A model generated the notes under the pieces. It worked only from the letters and a program-made list of their open reading frames with translations, was not told the origin of the DNA and ran no database searches. A stretch of DNA of 64,000 nt from Candidatus Poribacteria bacterium (lineage in GTDB: Bacteria; Poribacteria; WGA-4E; PCPOR2b), in NCBI GenBank assembly GCA_965116925.1, contig OZ220744.1, positions 1,088,001-1,152,000 of the forward strand, given 5' to 3'. Made by a program: the position numbers and the translations under genes. Of this stretch, positions 10,159-19,772 are shown piece after piece; position 1 is the first letter of the stretch; the number at the start of each line of letters is the position of its first letter.

Positions 10159-11160
10159 ATGTTAAAATTTGCTTATTTGGGGGCATGGCACAGCCACGCC
10201 AGTATGCACACCCGTGAATCAACAGAGCGGCCGGAGGAGTTCAAACCCGTCGGATTTTACGACCCAGATCCAGAGGTCGTTGCGCGGAGAGAGGGGGAGT
10301 GGTCCGAATCCTTTCCTGACCTCACCGTTTTCCCATCAGTTGAAGCGGTGTTGGATAGCGACGCTCAAGCGGTCATCGTCGAGGGACATGTTTATCAGAA
10401 TCTGGATTACGCAGAGCAGGCACTTGAAGCCGGCAAACATGTATTGCTCGAAAAACCGGCGGGCGTTAATACAGAGCAGTTGCAGCGGATTCACGAACTC
10501 TCGGAACGCAAAGGACTGTGCCTTCAGATGGCGTATATGTGGCGGTACAATCCCGCAATTGCCGAAATGCTGCGGCTCGCCAAATTGGGTGCGTTTGGCG
10601 ACATTTTCTACTATCGCGGACACATCCCCAAACCGATAGGGTGGCATCCACAGTTGGCGCAGGAGTTCAAGGTATATCACGGCGGGATTTACTTCGAGAT
10701 GGCGGGACATCTGATCGACCTGATGGTTATTCTCATGGGAGAGCCGAAGGGTGTACAACCCTCCTTGGGGCGGCACTACGACAGCCGATCTGAGGTGGAT
10801 AATGCGGTCGTCGTCCATGAGTTTGAAAGTGGACTTGGTACAATCGACACCGCGGGGATGCATATTGAGAGTGGCAAAACCCGCCGTATTGAAGTCTACG
10901 GCACAAAGGGCACAGCGATCCACACTCCCATCGGCTCGGATAACCTCAGCCTGTTTCTGGGGGAAGCTGTTGAAGGCTACGCAGCCGGCCCACAGGACGT
11001 GACCATCACTCAGTCATCAACCTCCGGATCGCTGTTGCGGGAGCTCTCCACCTGCATTCGAGGAGAAAAACAGCCGGATTACACACTAGCGCACGATAAG
11101 GCTGTGCAGCGGACACTGTTCGCCGGTTGTGGCATAACGGATGGGGACGCACTTAGATAA
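10159..11160 (+). CDS. Gfo/Idh/MocA family oxidoreductase
   Basis: AGKHVLLEKP motif and HLID. Confidence 0.9.
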   Translation: MLKFAYLGAWHSHASMHTRESTERPEEFKPVGFYDPDPEVVARREGEWSESFPDLTVFPSVEAVLDSDAQAVIVEGHVYQNLDYAEQALEAGKHVLLEKPAGVNTEQLQRIHELSERKGLCLQMAYMWRYNPAIAEMLRLAKLGAFGDIFYYRGHIPKPIGWHPQLAQEFKVYHGGIYFEMAGHLIDLMVILMGEPKGVQPSLGRHYDSRSEVDNAVVVHEFESGLGTIDTAGMHIESGKTRRIEVYGTKGTAIHTPIGSDNLSLFLGEAVEGYAAGPQDVTITQSSTSGSLLRELSTCIRGEKQPDYTLAHDKAVQRTLFAGCGITDGDALR

Positions 11161-11223
11161 GTGTGTGTATTCGACGAGCCTTCACCATGACCGAAATAAG
11201 CCCCTCTGTCTGGAAGGATTTCT

Positions 11224-11955
11224 ATGAAAGATAACGCAAAAGCAGATGTCCTTGAAATCAAAGCACTCACATTTGACGTATTCGGTACGGTTGTGGACTG
11301 GCGCGGCAGCATCATCCGTGAAGGCGAAGCGTTTGGAGCAGCTCGCGGACTTGATGTGGATTGGGCGGAGTTTGCGGACAAGTGGCGGGGAGGATACGGT
11401 CCCTCAATGAATCGCGTCCGTCAAGGCGAACTGCCGTGGTTGAATATAGATACCCTGCACCGTATGATTCTGGACGAACTGCTCGACGAGTTCGAGATCA
11501 CGGGGTTGAGCGAAGCGGATAAGGACCACCTCAACCGCGTGTGGCACCGTCTGATGCCGTGGCCCGATGCCGTCAGTGGACTCCAGCGACTGCGTGAACG
11601 ATTCATCGTTGCGCCCTTGTCCAACGGCAATATCGCCTTGCTCACCAATATGGCGAAACACGCCGGGCTGCCGTGGGACTGCATTCTGTCGTCGGAGCTG
11701 GCGAAGCACTATAAACCAGATCCGGAGGTCTACCAAACCGCCGCAAACCTGCTAGGTCTTCCGCCAAGTCAAGTAATGATGGTCGCCGCACACCCCGGCG
11801 ACCTGATCGCTTCATCGGCTGTGGGATTTAAGACCGGATTCGTGCCTCGTCCCGAAGAATACGGACCGCATCGCAACCGGGATCTAGAACACGACACCTC
11901 CTTTGATGTGGTGGCGAACGACTTCAATGATTTGGCAAGTCAGCTAGGAGCGTAG
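11224..11955 (+). CDS. Haloacid dehalogenase type II (HAD superfamily)
   Basis: FDVFGTVVDW, LSNGN, YKPDP and MVAAH motifs. Confidence 0.9.
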   Translation: MKDNAKADVLEIKALTFDVFGTVVDWRGSIIREGEAFGAARGLDVDWAEFADKWRGGYGPSMNRVRQGELPWLNIDTLHRMILDELLDEFEITGLSEADKDHLNRVWHRLMPWPDAVSGLQRLRERFIVAPLSNGNIALLTNMAKHAGLPWDCILSSELAKHYKPDPEVYQTAANLLGLPPSQVMMVAAHPGDLIASSAVGFKTGFVPRPEEYGPHRNRDLEHDTSFDVVANDFNDLASQLGA

Positions 11956-11962
11956 AACAGAG

Positions 11963-12682
11963 ATGTTTGTCGGTGTGGATGGTTGCAGGGCGGGTTGGTT
12001 CGCTATCGGACTGAAAGCAGAAGGTAGTTGGCAGGTCAACATTTTTCCAGATGTGTCTAGCCTTTGGAATCATCACCGGGGTGCGTCCTTGATACTAATC
12101 GACATCCCTATCGGCTTGAAAACGGGTGGCAAAACTGAACGACGGTGTGATCCTGTAGTCCGGAAGTTGTTGGGACCGAGACGTTCAAGCGTGTTTCCCG
12201 CGCCGTGCCGTGAGGCGATATATGCATCGTCGTATCAGGAAGCCTGCGATATCAATCAACGGTTGACAGGCAAACGGTTGTCCGTCGAAAACTGGAATAT
12301 TATCCCAAAGATCCGTGAGATGGATTGCCTCCTTTCGGACGATACCTCCGCTAGAGATCGGATCAGAGAAATCCACCCGGAACTCTGCTTTTGGGGATTG
12401 GCAGGTCGTCCGATGCAACATGCCAAAAAGCGGAATGAAGGGCTATCAGAACGAACGCAACTCCTCCAGTCACTCTATCCACAGACCGCCGATATAGTCA
12501 ACCATGCGCTATCCACCTATAGGCGCAAAGATGTCGCAAGGGATGACATCCTTGATGCGCTGGCTGCCGCAGTGACTGGGTTGATGGAAGAAGACAATCT
12601 CGTGTCAATTCCGCAGGAACCTGAGTTTGATGACCGAGGCTTGCGGATGGAGATGGTATATTGCCCGTACACCGTGGGTTAA
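11963..12682 (+). CDS. DUF429 family predicted nuclease (RNase H-like fold)
   Basis: GVDGCRAGW, IDIPIGL, EIHPE and DDILDA motifs. Confidence 0.85.
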   Translation: MFVGVDGCRAGWFAIGLKAEGSWQVNIFPDVSSLWNHHRGASLILIDIPIGLKTGGKTERRCDPVVRKLLGPRRSSVFPAPCREAIYASSYQEACDINQRLTGKRLSVENWNIIPKIREMDCLLSDDTSARDRIREIHPELCFWGLAGRPMQHAKKRNEGLSERTQLLQSLYPQTADIVNHALSTYRRKDVARDDILDALAAAVTGLMEEDNLVSIPQEPEFDDRGLRMEMVYCPYTVG

Positions 12683-12729
12683 ATTTCTATAACGCACGAC
12701 TGAATAGATTTATGATAGGAGATACAACG

Positions 12730-13944
12730 ATGCAACTCAATCAAGACCAATTCATGGAAGAAGGGTATTTGGTCCTGCGGGAGGTCGTCCCACCGGCGGA
12801 ATTGGAAGATTTACGCGCCGGTTATGAGCGGATGGTCGATCGACAGCGCGGGCTCTGGGCGAGCGAACGCAATCCAGACGACCCACCGGGCGGTGTATGG
12901 GAAACAGGGGCACAGCCTCGGTTAATGCTGCATCGTCCTCCTTTGGTGGACCTGATCGATGAGGCGACAGCGAACACAGCGGAAATTTGGCTCCACAAAA
13001 ACACGCAGGGTGTCAGCACCCAGTTGATGGGGGAACCTGACGCAGCCGTTACCGAAATGATGATGATGTGCAGCCCGGTGCGTGACCGGGGTCCTGCGGT
13101 CTGGCACCGCGATATCCATCCCGTTGATACTGCCCCGCTACAGGCATACATAGATGACATCATAGAGAATGGACCGAGATACGTGCAGTGGAACATCCCT
13201 CTTTACGATGACAGTGTGCTGTGGGTCGTGCCCGGCAGCCACGTCCGCATCAACACCGAAGAGGAGAACCGTCAGCTACTAGCGGATCCGCGTCTCCCGT
13301 TGCCCGGCAGCGTCCAAACGCATCTGAACGGTGGCGATGGTGTGGTCTACATCACCCCGATCCTCCACTGGGGCAGCAACTACAGTGCAAAGCTGCGGCG
13401 CACGATTCACGGCGGTTTCTGTAACTTCACGAAATATGAAGATCTGAGTTATACGAAAAATCTATCCACCCAAGCCCAAGCCACCCTAGAACGGTGGGAC
13501 AAGCGGAGCAGGCGGATGCAGGCTCACACCGAATCTGCACTCCGCGCTGTGATCGAAAAAAGCGGTTCTGCCTACCAAGCAGCGTTAGAGGAGATACATC
13601 CGGATAGGGGCGAAAAGGGCAAAATGCTGACGACGATCTTCTTGTGCAAGGCGGCGTTCTTTGTCAATCTCCACCGTAACCCAGACCTTGAAGATGGACC
13701 GGAAGACCTTCGCAGGCGAGGAACGAGCGCGCATCCAACTACGCTAAACTGGGGACCCGAATTTGCGGATCGCTTCACACCAGAGGACGCGGAAACCCTA
13801 TGGCAACGGTTTAAGCCGCTCGATGCCAAACTTCAGAGAGATGAGGAGCATTTTTTCCCCGGCTTCCAGTCGGGACCGATGCGCTACTGCTTTAATGAGA
13901 CACCCGCCGATTTCGGTGTAGAGGAATTCATCGCGAGTTGGTAG
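12730..13944 (+). CDS. PhyH-like Fe(II)/2OG dioxygenase with C-terminal extension
   Basis: WHRD, VPGSH, ILHWG; collinear with 2992-4194; start trimmed to MQLN. Confidence 0.8.
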   Translation: MQLNQDQFMEEGYLVLREVVPPAELEDLRAGYERMVDRQRGLWASERNPDDPPGGVWETGAQPRLMLHRPPLVDLIDEATANTAEIWLHKNTQGVSTQLMGEPDAAVTEMMMMCSPVRDRGPAVWHRDIHPVDTAPLQAYIDDIIENGPRYVQWNIPLYDDSVLWVVPGSHVRINTEEENRQLLADPRLPLPGSVQTHLNGGDGVVYITPILHWGSNYSAKLRRTIHGGFCNFTKYEDLSYTKNLSTQAQATLERWDKRSRRMQAHTESALRAVIEKSGSAYQAALEEIHPDRGEKGKMLTTIFLCKAAFFVNLHRNPDLEDGPEDLRRRGTSAHPTTLNWGPEFADRFTPEDAETLWQRFKPLDAKLQRDEEHFFPGFQSGPMRYCFNETPADFGVEEFIASW

Positions 13945-13968
13945 AGAACGCAGATCTGCGTTCCCTAC
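13941..13968. repeat. 28-bp GTAG-REP palindrome, copy 1 (contains the TAG stop of the PhyH gene)
   Basis: GTAGAGAACGCAGATCTGCGTTCCCTAC; one mismatch to the copy at 26505. Confidence 0.8.
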
Positions 13969-14020
13969 TATCCGAAGCGGCAGCACCTTTAGAGGGTTAA
14001 ATTTGGGAGAGGAGAAATAG

Positions 14021-14863
14021 ATGATCGTTGATGTACACAGCCATTGCCTGCAGCCGGAGCACATGAGTGAAGCCAACCATCGCGCTAATGAACGGGCAGG
14101 CTATCCGCCGATGCCACCACTGTCGCCCGAAACGTATCTTAAAGCGATGGAGGTTGTCGACAAAGCAATAGTCTTTGGTGTGCGGGGCGTTTCTGCTGGG
14201 ATGCACAGTCCCAACAATTTTACCGCTGAATGGGTCAAGCACGCACCGGAGAAATTGATCGGCTTCGCGGCGATAGATCCAACCGAGGAGGACCATCTCG
14301 AAGAGGTCGACCGGTGTGTGTCCGACTTGGGACTGCGGGGTATCAAACTCTACCCCATGCTAGGGCGATACGATCCCACTGATCCCACCGTCGCCTTTCC
14401 CTTATACGAAAAGGCGCAGCGGATGGGATTGCCGATCTTGTCGCATATGGGAACACATCCGGGCCCTCGGGCGATGCTCAAATACAGTTTACCGATACTG
14501 ATTGACGAAGTTGCCCAAGCGTTTCCAGACCTCAAGTTTATCATGGCGCACATGGCACACCCGTGGCAGCGAGATTGTGCCGTTGTCTTGCGTAAGCACC
14601 CCAATGTCTACGCAGATGTCTCCGGTGGTGGATGGGTCCGTCAGTGGCAGGGCTGGGAGGGGTTAATTGGCATGGTCGAGTGGGGTGTGACAGACAAACT
14701 CCTTTTTGGCTCTGATTTTCCGTTATGGACGCCGCAGGAGGGCATGGACGGGCTGCGCCGGCTGAACGATCAACTCGAAGGCACAAAGCTGCCGCGTATC
14801 CCTGAAGATGTAATTGAAGGGATTATCCACCGGGATTCACTTGCGCTGCTAGGGTTAGAATAA
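14021..14863 (+). CDS. Amidohydrolase family 2 protein
   Basis: DVHSH, GIKLYP, AHM and LFGSDFP motifs. Confidence 0.9.
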   Translation: MIVDVHSHCLQPEHMSEANHRANERAGYPPMPPLSPETYLKAMEVVDKAIVFGVRGVSAGMHSPNNFTAEWVKHAPEKLIGFAAIDPTEEDHLEEVDRCVSDLGLRGIKLYPMLGRYDPTDPTVAFPLYEKAQRMGLPILSHMGTHPGPRAMLKYSLPILIDEVAQAFPDLKFIMAHMAHPWQRDCAVVLRKHPNVYADVSGGGWVRQWQGWEGLIGMVEWGVTDKLLFGSDFPLWTPQEGMDGLRRLNDQLEGTKLPRIPEDVIEGIIHRDSLALLGLE

Positions 14864-14928
14864 TCAGGCCGGAAGATGGCAAAGACGAGCTTTCTGTACT
14901 ACGGAGCACCTGAAAGAGAACTATTCAG

Positions 14929-16113
14929 ATGGAACGTATGCGTGTAACTGAAGTCAAGACTTTTCTTGTCGGTGGAAGCTGGCGTAATTGGCTGATTGTG
15001 AAGGTAGAGACTGATGCCGGCATCCACGGTGTCGGCGAAGCGACCCTTGAAGGCAAGTCTAAGACTGTCGAAGGCGCGGTGGTCGAATTGACGCGCTACA
15101 TTGTCGGCAAGGATCCCTTTGCCATAGAGAAGCATTTTCAGGAGATGTACCGGCGGGCGTTTTACGCCGGTGGGGAGGTGTTGACCAGCGCAATCAGCGG
15201 TGTCGAAACCGCACTATGGGATATCAAGGGCAAGGCACTCGGTGTGCCGATATACGAACTGCTCGGTGGTCGCACGCGCGATCGGATCAAGTTGTACGCC
15301 AACGCATGGTATCGGCAAGGCATGAGTCCCGAAGAATTTGAGGCGGCGGCGAAAGAGATTGTGAGGCTTGGTGCGAAGGGATTGAAGTTCAATCCTTGGG
15401 GCGGGCGTCCCGGCATCGATTTCTATCGGTTGGATAACAATATCTTGAACACAGGAATTGACGCTGTGGCAGCGGTCCGGGAGGCGGTTGGACCAGATAT
15501 CGACCTATACATCGACTGCAACGGAATATTCAACACCGCCGCCAATGCGGTCCGGGCGGCTAAGGGTGTCGAGCAGTACAACATCAGTTTCTTTGAAGAA
15601 CCCGTCCCCCACGAAAACCTTGACGCAATGGCTTACGTGCGAAGCAAGATCAACATCCCCGTTGCCACAGGTGAACGGTTGTTCACCATCTTCAGTTTTC
15701 AGCAACTGCTTGAGCATGGCGGCGCGGATATCGTTCAGCCGGATATGTCGCACTGCGGTGGGATGCTTGAGGCACGGAAGATTGCCGCAATCGCAGATTC
15801 ACATTATGCGGCATTCGCGCCGCACAACCCTAACGGGGAGGTTTCCTACGCTTCCTCTGTTCAACTCGCAGCGTGCGTTCCAAACTTCTTGGTGTTAGAG
15901 CACTTTCCGCCCGAGCCGTGGCGCTTCGATGTTTGCATAAATCCGATGGTTGTCGAGGATGGCTGGCTTGAGATCCCTGACCGTCCGGGGTTGGGGGTCG
16001 AATTCAATGAGGAGGCCGCGCTGGAACATCCCTACGAACCGATTGATCTTTATAACCTACACCGCCCAGAATTACAACAGAAGGCACCTCGATACGCTGG
16101 TAAACTGCGGTGA
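14929..16113 (+). CDS. Mandelate racemase/galactonate dehydratase-like enolase superfamily enzyme
   Basis: ALWDIKGK, FFEEP, ATGER, QPD and APHN motifs. Confidence 0.88.
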   Translation: MERMRVTEVKTFLVGGSWRNWLIVKVETDAGIHGVGEATLEGKSKTVEGAVVELTRYIVGKDPFAIEKHFQEMYRRAFYAGGEVLTSAISGVETALWDIKGKALGVPIYELLGGRTRDRIKLYANAWYRQGMSPEEFEAAAKEIVRLGAKGLKFNPWGGRPGIDFYRLDNNILNTGIDAVAAVREAVGPDIDLYIDCNGIFNTAANAVRAAKGVEQYNISFFEEPVPHENLDAMAYVRSKINIPVATGERLFTIFSFQQLLEHGGADIVQPDMSHCGGMLEARKIAAIADSHYAAFAPHNPNGEVSYASSVQLAACVPNFLVLEHFPPEPWRFDVCINPMVVEDGWLEIPDRPGLGVEFNEEAALEHPYEPIDLYNLHRPELQQKAPRYAGKLR

Positions 16114-16124
16114 TATATCCGATT

Positions 16125-16263
16125 GGCTTATGTAAAAAGAGAATGCAAAACACAAAAAGCGTGAAACGTGAAACGTGAAAACCAGCCGTTCATTGGTTCG
16201 TTAATGAACGAGTGAACTAATGAACTCAATCGGTTTCTATTGTGTGATTTCTTAACATAAACC
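16125..16263 (-). mobile_element. MITE-like element family A (GGYTYATGT.. termini) carrying heptamer/octamer tracts
   Basis: Termini ggcttatgtaaaaaga / tcttaacataaacc are inverted and match the ends of the elements at 21838, 21891 and 48451. Confidence 0.6.
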
Positions 16264-16341
16264 TTGCGTTTTTTCCTTAATCTTCTGTCAGAAATCGGAT
16301 ACCTTTTTACTGTTGGCATACCAGTCCAAATTCGTATGATT

Positions 16342-16443
16342 TATAGTGAATTCTAAAAATAAATAGACACTTTCGCCCCCCGGTAGGTGCGGTTGGAAAC
16401 CGCACCGGTTTGGAGTGTCTCATTAATTCTAGGGTCCACTATA
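16342..16443. mobile_element. MITE-like element family B, copy 1 (TATAGTG..CACTATA) with internal GTAG-REP hairpin
   Basis: Imperfect 29-bp TIR (22/29 by hand) around GTAGGTGCGGTTGGAAACCGCACC; second copy at 38732. Confidence 0.7.
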
Positions 16444-16465
16444 GTAGAAATGAAAGGAAATTGTC

Positions 16466-16651
16466 ATGATGCACCAAGCTGTGACCTCCGATCAAAACAT
16501 TAAGCCAATGAGAAAGGCGCAAGAGTACGTCTATTGGCAAAATGGGGAAATGTATCTCGGATACCTTAAAGAGTATCCTGATCATTGGACACAAGGTGAA
16601 ACAATAGGAGAATTGGAAGAAAACCTTCTTGATATTTATGATATTCTATAA
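16466..16651 (+). CDS. HicB-like antitoxin (solo, short)
   Basis: YVYWQ..YLGYLKEYPDHWTQGETIGELEENL fits the HicB N-terminal pattern; AAGGA RBS; no HicA neighbour seen. Confidence 0.65.
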   Translation: MMHQAVTSDQNIKPMRKAQEYVYWQNGEMYLGYLKEYPDHWTQGETIGELEENLLDIYDIL

Positions 16652-16702
16652 GCCATATATTTCCTGATTATATAAACTCTTGGCGGCATAACTCCTAACT
16701 TT

Positions 16703-16742
16703 ACCCCCGCGCTGAATTGCACCGATGACGGGGGTTTTCTTT
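16703..16742 (+). terminator. Possible intrinsic terminator after the HicB-like gene
   Basis: ACCCCCG...CGGGGGT stem with a long loop, followed by TTTCTTT. Confidence 0.3.
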
Positions 16743-16902
16743 ATATCTCTATCATATTTGGAAGGAATTGGGGGCTATCATTGGAATCAAGTCCAAAGAG
16801 GTTGCGCTGATTGAGCTGTTAGCCTCAGTTGCGGGGTGGTCGATTTGCGAAAAACTGAGTTTTGAATTGTCGAATCAAATGATATTGTATGAATAAATAG
16901 CT

Positions 16903-17303
16903 TAGGATTTACGCACATCGTCAGAAAATAGGTTATAATAGGAACTATGAACCCACTCCAATACACCGAATATGACTATATCAACTGTTTGATGACCACA
17001 ACCCTGACAACACCGAAAAACGGGCTAAGGCGGCTCTAGGCTAACGCAGGCTAATTCTCTCCAAGAGGTGTAAAAGGATCACCGACGCCTGCCATCTCAG
17101 GCAGCGACTGCCTTCAACGCTGTGCATGACAATCTGGAATCTACAATTTCCTGCTTTAGCCCAAATGAGCGAATCTCACCCGTTACTAAAGGATTATCTG
17201 CTTTTTTGTGTTGGTATTTTTTTTAGGAGTTATACGCTTCAGTAGGGAACAATTCTCGGACTTTCGGAACGGAGGCTTGAAGCGTTCAATTCCATTAGTC
17301 CTA
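16903..17303 (+). pseudogene. Degraded IS701-like element remnant
   Basis: Left end TAGGATTTACGCA and degenerate right end TCCATTAGTCCTA. The short ORF from 16947 (MNPLQYTEYDYINCL) recalls IS701-type transposase N-termini from memory, then stops. Confidence 0.45.
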
Positions 17304-17307
17304 TAGC

Positions 17308-17839
17308 TTTAGAGAGAGGTCCTGTCCACTATGCTTGATGTCGAATTCAGAACTGCTCTAAAAAAAGAACTTCCCAGGATCGTGGAACTGAAAGTTGCCA
17401 TGTTCAGAGATGCAGGAGCATCTAACCTGTTATCGAAAGATGCGTTCGATATTATCGTAGAGGACTATCGTAAACGCTATGACCGCGATGAGGCAATCCA
17501 TTTTGTCGCTGTATGTGATTCGACGATTATTGCCACGGCAGGAGCATTTCTAAAATCGGACCTGCCTTATCGTTATTTCCAAGTGCCATTTTACGGTTTT
17601 ATTGGTGATGTTTACACAGAGTCTACCTACAGAAGACAAGGGCTTGCACATCGGTTGAGCGAAATGGCGGTAGACTGGCTCAAGTCCAGAGAAGTTGCGA
17701 TGATTAAGTTGTTGACCTCTGCCGAAGGGCGGGCGATTTATGAGAAGCTGGGTTTTGAATCTTCGAATGAGATGGTGTTGTTGTGTGAATAAACGGTTTT
17801 AGAGAAAGGATCCGCCTGCTATGCTTGATGTCGAAATCA
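17308..17839 (+). repeat. 42-bp imperfect direct repeat (17308-17349 and 17798-17839) spanning the RBS and first codons of two genes
   Basis: 34/42 identical ungapped, including the exact 17-mer CTATGCTTGATGTCGAA. Confidence 0.75.
17331..17792 (+). CDS. GNAT family N-acetyltransferase
   Basis: VYT..YRRQGLA acetyl-CoA motif and YEKLGF. Confidence 0.88.
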   Translation: MLDVEFRTALKKELPRIVELKVAMFRDAGASNLLSKDAFDIIVEDYRKRYDRDEAIHFVAVCDSTIIATAGAFLKSDLPYRYFQVPFYGFIGDVYTESTYRRQGLAHRLSEMAVDWLKSREVAMIKLLTSAEGRAIYEKLGFESSNEMVLLCE

Positions 17840-18597
17840 TAGATCCCACTGAAGTCGAAAGAGCGGCAGCTATCTTCCACCGAGATGGATTCGTACCTAT
17901 CAAAGATGCCCTCAATCCTGAGCAGCTTGCGTATGCCCAATCGGGTGCAGCCCGCGTCATCACGCAACAGATGAGGGACATCCCACTTGAGGAGGCAAAC
18001 CGAGGGTATGCCCGCTACTCCTTCGGATCCCAACTTCATCACCCTGAGTGGGTTCAGTTGATAGATCTGCCGACTATTCTGCCGATAATAGAGGCGATTT
18101 GGGGGAGTGCAGATTACATCTGCTCTGGCGGTGGCGGCGACTACTCGACGCCCGGTGCTAAGGAGCAGCACCTACACGCCGATATCAGGGACGTTTTCAA
18201 CGATCCATTGGGCCTAGTGACAATCCACGATGTGCCAGCACCGTATATTGTTGTCAACTTCCTGATGGTCGAATTTAAGAAAATCAACGGTGCCATTCGG
18301 TTTGTACCGGGGACACATCGGACTCGGCAGCCGGTCCCGAAAATGGAAGAGGAGCCTAACCGCATGAAGGAGTCGATTATCTGTGCACCTGCCGGAACGG
18401 CACTTATCCGAGATGTGCGCTGCTGGCACGGGGGCACCGCCAATAATTCCGACGAAATCCGTCCCATGACCAGCGTTGGATATTTCGCACCTTGGTTTCG
18501 TCTCCCCAATCTAGAACCTTCGCTCCCGCGTCCGCTTTATGAAACGCTGTCTCCACGCGGCAAGGAACTGGCTCGGTTTATCGTACAGCCCGATTAA
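17821..18597 (+). CDS. PhyH family dioxygenase
   Basis: LHAD, VPGTH and CWHGG motifs. Confidence 0.88.
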   Translation: MLDVEIIDPTEVERAAAIFHRDGFVPIKDALNPEQLAYAQSGAARVITQQMRDIPLEEANRGYARYSFGSQLHHPEWVQLIDLPTILPIIEAIWGSADYICSGGGGDYSTPGAKEQHLHADIRDVFNDPLGLVTIHDVPAPYIVVNFLMVEFKKINGAIRFVPGTHRTRQPVPKMEEEPNRMKESIICAPAGTALIRDVRCWHGGTANNSDEIRPMTSVGYFAPWFRLPNLEPSLPRPLYETLSPRGKELARFIVQPD

Positions 18598-18659
18598 CGT
18601 CTATTGTTGGCTCGTATTTGGATTTGCTCTCAAGCGATTCAGAAAAAGGAGACTGACCA

Positions 18660-19715
18660 ATGAACGCTTTTGATCTACGGCAACTGCCCGGCGCATCCGA
18701 AGTGTATCTCTGCCACGACGAAGGCTACTTTCCGGTCCTCATCAATCCACAAAGCGCAGAAATTCTCGCTGTCCTGCGGGGAGGTGCGGGACACGTAGGT
18801 ATCACCGGACGGTTGGATGCGGTGCGCTCGTTAGATGGCGGTAAAACGTGGAAGATGCCGATTGTTATCGTGGATACCGAAGTAGATGACCGCAATCCGG
18901 CGGTCGGTCAAGCCCCCGATGGAACAGTTATCCTTGCTTACCATGCACAAGGCTCCTATAATGAAGATGGGAGTTGGTCGAGAGATTTGCGCCGTGTCCA
19001 AATGCGGATTACGCGGTCACACGATGGCGGTGCAACATGGGAAGCGTCTCAACCGCTCAACTTCACGCCGATGGAAAAACACTCTGCTTATGGCCGTATC
19101 TGTACCTTGACCGACGGAACAATGCTCCTGCCGATCTATGGGACTGCTATTGGAGAAACTGAGCGGACGGAGGACTGTGCTTACATCTTGCGTTCACGCG
19201 ACAACGGGCAAACGTGGGGAGATCCCACTTTGATTGCTGCAGGCTACAACGAAACAGGACTCATCGCGTTGCCTAACGGCGATTTGGTGGCTGCCATGCG
19301 CTCCGGCGATCAGCGCGCCCTTTTAGCGGTGTCCCGTTCCGCCGATGGCGGTGCAACATGGACGGAGCCAATCCCTGTGACTAATGACCGCGAGCACCCC
19401 GCCGATTTGACGCTGCTTTCCAACGGCTGGCTCCTCCTATTCTTTGGTGTACGGCATAAGCCGTTTGGTGTGGGTGCACTCGTCAGCAAAGATAATGGGC
19501 GAACTTGGGATGAACGGAGATTAATCGTTTGTGACGATCTTGGTGACAATGATTTGGGCTATCCTTCCACAGTTAAACTAGATGACCGCCTCGTGACAGC
19601 GTACTACAGCGCACCGCGACGGTGGGATGAACCGGACTTTCGTGGTGAAGGTACTTTTGCCCGTGCGTTGCTTTACAGCGAAAGCGCGCTGTTACAGCGA
19701 TTGCGTAAAACCTGA
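18660..19715 (+). CDS. Sialidase/BNR repeat protein
   Basis: Five Asp-boxes (SLDGGKTW, SHDGGATW, SRDNGQTW, SADGGATW, SKDNGRTW) and LGYP. Confidence 0.85.
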   Translation: MNAFDLRQLPGASEVYLCHDEGYFPVLINPQSAEILAVLRGGAGHVGITGRLDAVRSLDGGKTWKMPIVIVDTEVDDRNPAVGQAPDGTVILAYHAQGSYNEDGSWSRDLRRVQMRITRSHDGGATWEASQPLNFTPMEKHSAYGRICTLTDGTMLLPIYGTAIGETERTEDCAYILRSRDNGQTWGDPTLIAAGYNETGLIALPNGDLVAAMRSGDQRALLAVSRSADGGATWTEPIPVTNDREHPADLTLLSNGWLLLFFGVRHKPFGVGALVSKDNGRTWDERRLIVCDDLGDNDLGYPSTVKLDDRLVTAYYSAPRRWDEPDFRGEGTFARALLYSESALLQRLRKT

Positions 19716-19772
19716 GAGTAGACAAGTTGCTATCTGTTACCCCGCTTGAGCAAAGGCAAGGAGGGTTGCAAG

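Noticed and set aside
17331..17820. GNAT gene as an integron cassette
   Set aside because: No attC-like inverted structure fits the 28-nt gap after the gene, and no integron integrase is in the window.
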